This document shows positions 1-8,407 of a stretch of DNA of 64,000 nt, piece after piece. Positions within the stretch are counted from its first letter, which is position 1. Every line of letters begins with the position of its first letter. Below the pieces are notes generated by a model. That model saw only the letters and a list, made by a program, of their open reading frames with translations. It did not search any database and was not told the origin of the DNA. Source of the stretch: Methanobacteriota archaeon. GTDB lineage: Archaea > JAADCQ01 > Methanopyri > Methanopyrales > Methanopyraceae. The translations under genes and the position numbers were made by a program. The stretch lies in the NCBI GenBank assembly GCA_027064425.1, contig JAMOPO010000057.1, positions 1-64,000 on the forward strand, given 5' to 3'.

Positions 1-702
1 GGAGGTGGCGACCGCGGTCACCGGCGCCCCGGTGCGGTACTTGCCGATGACGACCTCCCGCCCGGTCTCCTTCGAAGCCTCACCCGGGGCCTCGCCACCC
101 CGCTCGCCGGTCTCCGGGTGGTGGGCCGGCGCGGCCCGTCCCCGGGAGAGCTTGACGTAGACGTAGATGGTGTCACCGTCCACCACCCTGGCCACGCGGG
201 CCTTGAACTCCCGCGGGAACCAGGGCGGTAGCGGGTCGGGCTTGGGGTAGCGGCGCCACTCGGCGAGCCCGCGCTCGACGAGGAGCTCGGCGAGGGTCAC
301 GTCCTTGTCGTCCGGGTACACGTCCGCGATGATCCGGCGGTACTTGCCGAGCCCGTAGGCCCGGCACTTGACCCAGCCGCCGGCGCTCCGGATCTCCTCC
401 TCCACGAACCGCTTGGCCCGGAGGCCCAGCTCGCGCTCCCGCTCGCTCCGCGGGTGGAAGATCTCCGGCGCGTTGATCCGGGCGAACCGGATCTTGACCG
501 CCGGCCGCCCGTCGATGTAGATCACCGGGACGCCCAGCTCCTCGAGCTCCCGCAGCTGGTCGGGGGTTAGCGCCAGCTCGGGCACGTCGCCGGGGGCCGG
601 CTCGGGCTCCTCCGGGTTCACCCAGGGTGGGGCGCTGAGCGTGACCTCCGGGAGCGCGAGCAGCGCGACCAGGGCGGCGAGCGCCCCCGCGACCCACCGC
701 AC
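1..702 (-). CDS. Secreted thermonuclease (SNase)-like protein, circularly permuted; partial, runs off left edge
   Basis: Manual translation from GTG 702 (G-rich SD upstream): signal peptide MRWVAGALAALVALLALP, then KIRFARINAPE, GLRAKRFVEEEI, GKYRRIIADVY, LAELLVERGLA, and later ARVARVVDGDTIYV; no stop before position 1. Confidence 0.85.
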   Translation of the reverse strand, partial: MRWVAGALAALVALLALPEVTLSAPPWVNPEEPEPAPGDVPELALTPDQLRELEELGVPVIYIDGRPAVKIRFARINAPEIFHPRSERERELGLRAKRFVEEEIRSAGGWVKCRAYGLGKYRRIIADVYPDDKDVTLAELLVERGLAEWRRYPKPDPLPPWFPREFKARVARVVDGDTIYVYVKLSRGRAAPAHHPETGERGGEAPGEASKETGREVVIGKYRTGAPVTAVATS

Positions 703-1126
703 GCGCCTCTCCCCCCTGAACCGGGACGGCCCACCGCTAGTCATCGCTTTCGTTCACTGTGAGGGAACTCAGCCCGCTACGAGCATGCGGGCCCAGTTGT
801 CGCACGATGCTCACACGTCCATCGTCCTCACCGTGCATGGTCAAGGTATCGAGGTTGCGTGTTGCTCACACCGTCGTGCGGGCCGGCGCCCTATGGACCC
901 CGCCCCCCTTGACCATTGTAATCGGGCGCGAGCGCCCGCAACGGGCCGTGCAGGACCAACCCTGAGGCGCTCCCCCACCCACCGTTACGATCGCGGCGCC
1001 GGCGGTCCGTGAGACCGGAGCGTGTGAGACTCTCGGGCGGCCTTGGGCGGGTCGAGCGTCGGAAACCTTTTATCCTCCCGCCTGATTACAAAACGACGGC
1101 AGGCCCGGGAGCCGGGGTGGCGGGCC

Positions 1127-1711
1127 GTGACCTGGACCGGGGTGCCCCTACCGACCGACCCCGTGGAACGCATTCGATGCCTTCGTGTGCTGCGCGAGGC
1201 GTACCGCCGACAGGTCAAGCCGAAGCTCCAGGAGACATACCGGAAGGTGGGCGGGAGGACGTACGGCCCGTACTACGTCGCGTACTTCAGGCGCACGCGA
1301 GAGTACCGCCACCCACGGCTCATCTACCTGGGCAAGTCCAACCCGAGCGTCGGGTTCGTGGGGTGGCTGGCCGGGCAGCCCGAGGGGAAGGTCCTCGAGC
1401 TGGCGAGACTGGCCGTGCGCCACCTGCGCTCGGCGCTGGAGTACCTGGCTCGTGAGGTCTCCGCGGTCGAGGATAAGCGCCGGTTCATCGCCCGCACGCT
1501 GGCCCTAGCCCTCGACCTCCCACCCGCGGGCTCGACCAGGCTCAAGGACCTACTGAGGCGAGTCCCCCGCTTCACCCGGGTCGTTCTCGGCCCCTGGGAG
1601 GCGTGGTTCGCGGAGAACGTGCTCCGCAGGCTCCTGTATCGCAAGTCCCGGGACGGCAGACACCGGGTCCCCGACGTTCAGCTCGAGCTCGAGCGCTGGA
1701 GGACGAGGTAG
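1127..1711 (+). CDS. Basic hypothetical protein, Methanopyrus DUF1678-like, with GPYY..Y...IYLGK DNA-binding-type motif
   Basis: ORF 1043..1711; GTG 1127 after SD GGGGTGG; DPVERIRCLRVLRE...TYRKVGGRTYGPYYVAYFRR...IYLGKSN. Confidence 0.65.
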   Translation: MTWTGVPLPTDPVERIRCLRVLREAYRRQVKPKLQETYRKVGGRTYGPYYVAYFRRTREYRHPRLIYLGKSNPSVGFVGWLAGQPEGKVLELARLAVRHLRSALEYLAREVSAVEDKRRFIARTLALALDLPPAGSTRLKDLLRRVPRFTRVVLGPWEAWFAENVLRRLLYRKSRDGRHRVPDVQLELERWRTR

Positions 1712-2904
1712 CCCGGCGGCTCCGACCCGAATCGGGCCAAGCCGGGACCGGCACCCGACGGTCGAGGTGATCACCGAGTACTGCGAGTCTGAGGGTGTCA
1801 GGGTTGAGACTCCGGACCAACGCCCAGCCGTCCCCCTGGACGCACTTTCACGGCCACTCCCGCCCGGTAACCGTCCGCGTACCGCCGGGCGCCTCCCCGA
1901 CGGACCACCTCGCTCAGTGACCCGAGCCTTGAGGCTCCGGAGCAGGTGAGGGGGAAATTAGCCGCAGCGATCCCGACCGGCAGTCCGGCGGGCTCGTCGG
2001 GAGCGAGCGGGCTAGGAAGCGTTCAAGGGGGTGGTCTCGCCGCGCCTCCCGGGTCGAGGTGAGGCTGGCGGTCGTGAGGATGCCCTTGCCACGTGTCGTC
2101 AGAGCGTCGACGTGAGGGGAAATCCTGCGAGAGCGCCCCGGGATCCCTGCTTTGGACCCGTGATGCGGTCCCGGTGGCGGGCCGTGGGCCCGGGGAGGGC
2201 TCGAGCGGCCGGGGCGGCGGGTGCTGGGTCGGTGGCCTGCCTGCCGCGTGCGTGATGACGGAAGGCGGCTGAAACTCGGGGAGCTTCTCTGGACGTGTGG
2301 ACGGCTGCCGGGGGTACGTGCGGTGGCGTCGGGGTACGGCCTGGCGGTGACTTGAGGCGGGACGAACGGGGGCGGTACCACGCCGGCGGGGCGCGGGCTC
2401 GGTGTGGGCGCCATCGTCGGCGTGGGAGCGTTTCCGCGGGCCGGTCTGCGTGGTCGGGTACGGGCTCGACCCGGAGGACCCGCGGGTCCGTGGGCGGCCG
2501 GGGGGCTGTTCAGGGGGCCCAGTCGCGCGTGCATCACCTCGTCGGTGCACGACGGCGCCGGCGCCGCGCTCGTGCCGGTACCGCCAACCCGCCGTGGTGG
2601 TGACCGGCCCAACTGCTCGGCGGGGCGCGGTGAGGGCTCCGTTCCCCGCCCGCCGGGTAACGCTCAGCTCCCCCGGCTAGCTTCGGGCCGACGCTCACGC
2701 TCAGTCTCTCGCGCCCGGGCCGAGTCGTTGCGGGTTCGGTCCCCGACCCCACTTCCTGCGTCGTGAGAGCGTTCCAGGAGACCTCTCCCGGCCCGTCGCT
2801 CGGGGCGGTCGCCGGTTCTTGGGTCGGCGACCGCCCGGGGTGGCGGTTGGGTGGTACCGTCGGTGGTCGTCGACGCCCCGTTCCTGGGCTCCCTCCCGTC
2901 GCGA

Positions 2905-3936
2905 TCACGGGATCGTGAGGAGTCTCAGCCGCACCCACGCGGGCCGCGGCAGGCGTGACAGTGCGGCGCCGGTGATCCACCGCCCCTCGAGCACGAGGCG
3001 GCCGGTGCGTCGGTCGGTGTGGCGGAGGGTGAGTCCGAGGAGGACGGCGCGTCTGGCGGTGCGCTCGAGCTCTTCCGGTGTCAGGCGCTCGTAGGCCAGC
3101 AGGGCGTGTAGGGTGAGCGCGTCTCGGGGTGGGGGCCAGTCGTGCGTTGTGATCACCCGGTAGCGGGCCCTTGGGTAGGAGAGCTCGAGCGCGCGCAGTC
3201 CGTGCTTGGGTGGTGGGTACCAGCGCCCGTCGTCGCCGTGCACCCAGCCGGTGGGTGTCCAGAGGCCGGTCACCTCGCGCGTTCCGTGGTCGTAGTGGAG
3301 GGCGGCTCGGACGTGGGGTAGGCGGTTGTAGTTGGAGACGCGTAGGGTCTCCTGGTTCAGGCTCTCGGTGGTGTGTAGGAAGGGTCGGAACAGGGTGGCG
3401 CGGGCGTGCCAGTACGCGCGTTCGAGCTCGGGGGTGGGGTGGAGCTCGTACAGCTCGGTGGGGTTGAGGAGGAGGGTGGCCCAGGTGACGGCGAGGGCGA
3501 GGGGTGGGAGGACGGTGTCCCAGTGGTTGGAGGGGATGCGGGCTAGGGAGAGGCGGATGGAGCGCCACTCGCCGTTCTTTCGGTGCCAGGCGATGGGGAC
3601 GCCCATGGTGGTGAGCGCGTCCTCGAGGCAGTGGAGGAGGGCGCCGAGGGGGATGAGGGCGGCGTTGGGGTGGCCGGTCGTCCAGAGGGTGTAGGCGAGG
3701 GTGGCCCAGGGCCAGGGGCAGTGGAGGGGGCCGCGGTGTCGGAGTCGTCGGGCCAGGGCGTGGCGCAGGTCTCGGCCGGTGAGGAGCTCGAGTGGGTGGA
3801 GGGTGGAGGCGGCGAGGGAGTGGGGGTGGTCGAGGTCGGGGAGGATGGTGGCGAGGGCGGTGACGGTGGCGTGGTGGACGCCGAGGAGGGGGACGGTGAG
3901 GAGGTAGGTGAGGAGGAGGTGGGTCTTGGCCCGCAC
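2905..3936 (-). CDS. Membrane-bound metal-dependent hydrolase (YdjM/DUF457-like) with C-terminal extension
   Basis: KTH, LPDLDHP, HRGPLH, LLHCLEDALT motifs with hydrophobic segments. Confidence 0.8.
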   Translation of the reverse strand: MRAKTHLLLTYLLTVPLLGVHHATVTALATILPDLDHPHSLAASTLHPLELLTGRDLRHALARRLRHRGPLHCPWPWATLAYTLWTTGHPNAALIPLGALLHCLEDALTTMGVPIAWHRKNGEWRSIRLSLARIPSNHWDTVLPPLALAVTWATLLLNPTELYELHPTPELERAYWHARATLFRPFLHTTESLNQETLRVSNYNRLPHVRAALHYDHGTREVTGLWTPTGWVHGDDGRWYPPPKHGLRALELSYPRARYRVITTHDWPPPRDALTLHALLAYERLTPEELERTARRAVLLGLTLRHTDRRTGRLVLEGRWITGAALSRLPRPAWVRLRLLTIP

Positions 3937-3940
3937 GCGC

Positions 3941-4486
3941 TCACCCCAGCTTGGAGGCGGCGATTCCGGCGAGTCCGAGGGCGGTGAGGGTCCAGAAGTC
4001 GGCGGTGCTGTCGGTGGTCGCTCGGAGGATCATGAGGGCGATTCCGGCGGCGGCGAGGGCGCGGAGGAGGGTCTTGGGGTCGTGGACGAGGGTCACGGTG
4101 TCCCCGTCGTCGAGGACGGCGTCCACGTGGACGCCGGGGATCCCGGCGAGCTCGCGGGTCAGGTCGCGGTGGTCGGTGGGCAGGTGTCCGCGGTTGAGGA
4201 CGAGGACGGGCACGTGCTCGGCGAGTCGTTGGAGGGCGCGGAGGGCGTGCTGGTTGACCTGGAAGGCGTCGGAGGCCTGGAGGACGAAGGGCGCGCCGAC
4301 GGTCCTCAGGTAGCGGTCCACGAGGTCGCGGTAGGTGGCGCGGCTGGAGCGCCCCAGCGCGTCGCGGAGGGCGTCGCTGAGGAGGTCGTGCTCGGGGAGT
4401 CCCTCGACGCGGGCGCTGGCGGTGTAGAGGCCGGGCTCGAGGCGGTCGAGGAGCTCGCGCAGCTCGGGCGGTAGTCGGTCGAGCAC
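3941..4486 (-). CDS. Hypothetical protein with two C-terminal TM segments, possibly a degenerate AAA-like domain
   Basis: ORF 3941..4585, likely GTG start 4486; LSDALRDALG..TYRDLVDRYL..FVLQASDAFQV..VPVLVL; hydrophobic C-terminus. Confidence 0.55.
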   Translation of the reverse strand: MLDRLPPELRELLDRLEPGLYTASARVEGLPEHDLLSDALRDALGRSSRATYRDLVDRYLRTVGAPFVLQASDAFQVNQHALRALQRLAEHVPVLVLNRGHLPTDHRDLTRELAGIPGVHVDAVLDDGDTVTLVHDPKTLLRALAAAGIALMILRATTDSTADFWTLTALGLAGIAASKLG

Positions 4487-4628
4487 GTGGCCCGGCCGGG
4501 TCGGCCGGTCTCCGCGGGCTTTCGAGGCTCGGGTTCGGGGCGCGGGGCGCTCCCTTCGCTCAGGTTGGAAACGCCCTCGTCGCATCGGGAAGCGGCGGTC
4601 GCGGGCGTGGCGTCGCGCGCCCGGGGCG

Positions 4629-5825
4629 CTACGGCGCGAGGCGGCGCCATCCGGGGCCGGTCACGACCTCGGTCCCGTCGTCGGTCCTCAGGTAGGCGGC
4701 GCACCCGCACTCGAGGTCGTGATCCTCCCGCACGCGCGCTTCGACCAGCTCGCACGCGCGCCTTAGGACGTCGCGTCTGGCCTCCGGGCTCAGGGACTGC
4801 AGGAACTCGGAGACCATCGTGCCGGGCCCGCGTCGGGCGAGGCGTCGGGCGTCCTCGAGGTGGCCGGTCTCCACGAGGCGGGCGAGGAGGGACTCGTACC
4901 GGGCGTCGGCGACGCGGGCGTGCGTGTTGTACACGCCGGCGGCGAGCTTGAGGAGCTTGCCCGGCATGCCGAGGATGAGGACGCGGTCGAAGCGGCGGGT
5001 GCCGCCGTCGGTCGGGACGCCCTCTCGGAGGATCCGGAGCGCGAGGTCGTAGCGGCCCTGGCAGTTGATCACGTCGGTCTCCGGGAGGCCGAGCTCCTCG
5101 GTGGCGACGCGGAGCGTGCGGTAGCCGGTGACGAGGCAGGGAACGTTCTCAACGTAGCGGAGGTCGTGGCGGATGGTGCCCTCGATCGCCTCCTCCGAGT
5201 TCGGGTCCACGAGTCCCTTGGTCCCCAGGATCGAGATCCCACCGGTGATCCCGTGCCGGTGGGCCAGGGTCCGCTCGGCCAGCTCCTCCCCGTTGACCAC
5301 GCTGATCGTGACGCGCAGTCCCGCCCCGTACCGCTCGATCAGGTAGGCCAGGTTCTCCCGGATCTGCCCCCGCACCGCCTCGGAGATCGCCGGCCTCCCG
5401 TCCGGCAGCCGCCCGACGCCCGGGCCCGCTCGGATCTCGACGCGCGGCTCGTCGAGTGGCTCCGCGCGGGCGCGGATGCGGGCTCCCTCGGTCGCGTCCA
5501 CCCGGTCGTCGTTCCCCGGCTTCCGGGCCTCCGCGACGGGCGGGTCCTCCTCGACCAGGCGCACCCGGACGCCGATTATCGTGCCGATGGGCAGGCGGAC
5601 GCGGACGGTGCTCACCGCGCGCCCCTCGAGGAGGCGGATGGCGGCGGCCTTGGCGGCGGCGGTCGCGCAGGTCCCGGTGGTGGGACCGCGGCGCAGGACG
5701 CGGGCGCCCTCGGTGGTCACGAGCCCGGTGCGGACGAGGTAGCGGGCGGTGGGAAGGTCCACGTTCAGCTCCCGGCGGACGAGCCGGGGGTCGATGGGGA
5801 TGCGGCGGATGGGGTCGCGCTCCAC
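4629..5825 (-). CDS. cbiD: Cobalt-precorrin-5B C1-methyltransferase
   Basis: LRRGPTTGTCATAAAKAA, DATEGA, GPGVG, GITGGISILGTKG, GKLLKLAAG.YNTH. Confidence 0.93.
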   Translation of the reverse strand: MERDPIRRIPIDPRLVRRELNVDLPTARYLVRTGLVTTEGARVLRRGPTTGTCATAAAKAAAIRLLEGRAVSTVRVRLPIGTIIGVRVRLVEEDPPVAEARKPGNDDRVDATEGARIRARAEPLDEPRVEIRAGPGVGRLPDGRPAISEAVRGQIRENLAYLIERYGAGLRVTISVVNGEELAERTLAHRHGITGGISILGTKGLVDPNSEEAIEGTIRHDLRYVENVPCLVTGYRTLRVATEELGLPETDVINCQGRYDLALRILREGVPTDGGTRRFDRVLILGMPGKLLKLAAGVYNTHARVADARYESLLARLVETGHLEDARRLARRGPGTMVSEFLQSLSPEARRDVLRRACELVEARVREDHDLECGCAAYLRTDDGTEVVTGPGWRRLAP

Positions 5826-5829
5826 GCTC

Positions 5830-6792
5830 TCACCTCCTCCGTCGGATCGGTGCGATCGGTGGGATCACCGGGGTCGGGGCGGGCCTCACGCCCCGGGCGG
5901 TCCCCGTGGCGCGCCCCGTCGTCACCGTCGTCTCGCCCCGCTGGAGCGCGGGCTTGATGGGCAGGACGCTCATCACGACGAGCACCGGCAGGTACTGGGT
6001 CAGGCTCAGGAACCGGGCGGCCTCCTCGGTCGGGCCGGGAAGCACGCCGACGCCGTTGGAGCTCACGGTGATCCCGAAGGGTAGGCCCGCGACGTCGATG
6101 ATCGCGGTGCTGCGGGTGGTGGGCTCGAGGTAGTTCCACTGGCCGGGGATGACCCAGCGCCACCGACCGGTCTCCGGGTCGTACACGGCCGCGAACCCGA
6201 CGACCATGCCGCGGACCCGCAGCCGGTACGCCGGGTTGACGCCCGCCGGGATGGGCCAGGCCAGGTACGTTCCCTGGTGGCCCGGGCGCGGTCGGACGGT
6301 GGCGATCACTTCAAGAACACCTAGACGCTCGTCCCGACCGCCCTTGCCCTCCACCGGGACGATGAAGGTCAGCTGGCGCCACCGGATCACCCTGTCCGGG
6401 AACAGGGCCTCGAGCGCGATCATGTACGGCGTGCTCCCGGAGTGCAGACTGCGCGCCACGTGGACGATCTGGTCCACATCGCCCGGCCAGGTTACGGTGG
6501 CGACGGCCGCCGGCTTAACCTCGAGCTCGCTCCCCTGCGCCGGCTTCCACCGGGCGGTCGTGAGCTCGGCGTCCTCGGGCAGGAGGACGTTGATCACCGC
6601 CTGGGCGTCGCCCTTAACCCCGTACCCGAGCACCTCAATGGTCAGGTGGGCCTGGACGGTGTCGGGGTCGGTGAGCGTCAGCTGGGTGACCTCGGTGAGG
6701 TGGATCGTGGAGACGGGGCTCCAGGCGTCGGCGTGCGCGGGCCCGGCCAGGGTGAGGAGGATCGCCGCGAGGGCGGGCCCGAGCACGGTCAT
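5830..6792 (-). CDS. Secreted lineage-specific protein with Pro-rich/poly-Arg C-terminal tail
   Basis: Signal peptide ending AHA; beta-rich body; ends TPVIPPIAPIRRRR. Confidence 0.75.
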   Translation of the reverse strand: MTVLGPALAAILLTLAGPAHADAWSPVSTIHLTEVTQLTLTDPDTVQAHLTIEVLGYGVKGDAQAVINVLLPEDAELTTARWKPAQGSELEVKPAAVATVTWPGDVDQIVHVARSLHSGSTPYMIALEALFPDRVIRWRQLTFIVPVEGKGGRDERLGVLEVIATVRPRPGHQGTYLAWPIPAGVNPAYRLRVRGMVVGFAAVYDPETGRWRWVIPGQWNYLEPTTRSTAIIDVAGLPFGITVSSNGVGVLPGPTEEAARFLSLTQYLPVLVVMSVLPIKPALQRGETTVTTGRATGTARGVRPAPTPVIPPIAPIRRRR

Positions 6793-6887
6793 CCCCTCAA
6801 CCCCCCGTTAACGGTCGCGACGCGGTTGTGAGTCTTAGCCGAGGACCGGTTCACGTAGGTGACGCGGGCGGAGGGGGGAGCTGGAGC

Positions 6888-8165
6888 GTGACCGAGGGCG
6901 AGTACGTGCGGTGCGGCGTCGGTGTCTCCGAGGCGGGCGATCCGGAGGAGGCGCTCGAGGAGGCGATGGACTGGGGCCTAGAGTCCGTCGACTCCGTGTT
7001 CTGCGTGTTTTCTCCCACCGCGAACGATCCGGACGAGGTGCGGCGCGAGCTTAGGCGGGCGGTTCGATCCCGGGTGCCCGTGGGCCATCGGTTTCAGATG
7101 TTCGGGGTCTCGTCCTCGGGGGAGATCGCCACGGACGGGTATCACGAGGGCTCGGTCGTGGTGATGGCGTTCGAGTTCACCCGGCACGTGGCGACCGGGC
7201 TGTCGATTCGGGAGGGGCTGTCCGAGGATCCGGAGCGGACCGGTCGGGCGGGGTTAACGGAGGCCGTTAGGAGCACGGAGGCGAGCCCGCTGATCGCGCT
7301 CTCCGGGCTGGTGCGGGCGCGGGATCACATGGACCTGGCCCGGGCCTCGCCCGTGCGCGTGATCCTGATGCCGGACGGGCTGTGCTGTCTGGAGAACCCG
7401 GACGCGACCGTCGAGATGCTGCGGGGCGTGATACGGGAGGTGGGGGGCCCACTCCCGGTCATTCTGGGCGGGCTCACGGGGGACGACATGCGCCTCGAGC
7501 GGTGCTACGCGTTCGACGAGAACAGGGTTTACTCGGACGCTCTGGTCACGTGGGTCTGGTTCACGTCGGTGAAGTGTGGGCACGCGATCCACCACGGGTT
7601 CGAGCCCACCGGGCACCGGTTCCGGGTCACGAAGGTGGAGGGGACGACGATCCTCGAGCTGGACGGGCAGCCCGCCCTCGAGGCCTACGCGGACGCGGTG
7701 GGGGTGGACCCGGAGGACGTGACCACGGAGGTCCTGTTCACCTACCCGTTCGGGATCCAGCTCCCGACGCCCCACGGCGAGTACGTGCTCCGGACGAGCG
7801 TGGAGGCGGACCCGGAGCGGGGCGCGATCACCGCGCTGAACAAGATTCCGGAGGGCGTGACCCTCGAGGTGATGGAGCCCGGCGACCTGGAGGCCTCGTT
7901 CCGGGAGGCCGCCAAGAGCGCGATCCGGGCGGCCGGCAACCCGGACGAGATCGCGGGCGTGATCGTGTTCAACTGCGTGGCCCGGCACGAGATCGTGAGC
8001 ACGGACAAAGCCGTCAAACTCCTCCGCCGCGAGCTCGGCGACGACGTGCCCATCATCGGGTTCAACTGCTACGGGGAGATCGGGAGCACGAGCAGCGGCG
8101 CGCTGGCCCACCTGAACCAGACCGTCTCGGTCTTCGTCATCGGCAACGAGCTGCTGGGCCAGTAG
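6888..8165 (+). CDS. Stand-alone FIST-domain signal-transduction protein
   Basis: FGVSSSGEI, GGLTGDD, HGFEPTG..VTKVEG..ILELDGQPA, FNCVAR, GFNCYGEIG, HLNQT; GTG 6888 after G-rich SD. Confidence 0.9.
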   Translation: MTEGEYVRCGVGVSEAGDPEEALEEAMDWGLESVDSVFCVFSPTANDPDEVRRELRRAVRSRVPVGHRFQMFGVSSSGEIATDGYHEGSVVVMAFEFTRHVATGLSIREGLSEDPERTGRAGLTEAVRSTEASPLIALSGLVRARDHMDLARASPVRVILMPDGLCCLENPDATVEMLRGVIREVGGPLPVILGGLTGDDMRLERCYAFDENRVYSDALVTWVWFTSVKCGHAIHHGFEPTGHRFRVTKVEGTTILELDGQPALEAYADAVGVDPEDVTTEVLFTYPFGIQLPTPHGEYVLRTSVEADPERGAITALNKIPEGVTLEVMEPGDLEASFREAAKSAIRAAGNPDEIAGVIVFNCVARHEIVSTDKAVKLLRRELGDDVPIIGFNCYGEIGSTSSGALAHLNQTVSVFVIGNELLGQ

Positions 8166-8407
8166 CCAGAGCAGCTCGTCCACCCGCCCCACACCATTCC
8201 CAGGAATTCCACGTCGTTGAGCGACCCCCTCCGGCGGGTCCACCACCTTCCGCACTCGAATCGGCACCACGTCCATGCGGTAAGCGGTGCCCTCCCACTC
8301 AACGCCGACGATGGCCACCGGCACGAACACGCCCGCCAGCTCCGTCGATGGCGGGCGTCGAGGTGTTACTCCGCGGGACGACAGCCCGGGCACGGGGCCG
8401 GGTGGGC

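Noticed and set aside
720-1040. Repeated GCTCACAC/TGTGAG words and a TMHGEDD fragment on the minus strand
   Set aside because: Irregular spacing and too short to support an operator array or a pseudogene
2252-2272. GTGATGA-10nt-CTGA C/D-like pair
   Set aside because: No second box pair or terminal stem
8166-8400. Protein-like minus-strand fragment ELAGVFVPVAIVGVEWEG
   Set aside because: Runs into the FIST shadow frame with no convincing start or stop; at most a remnant
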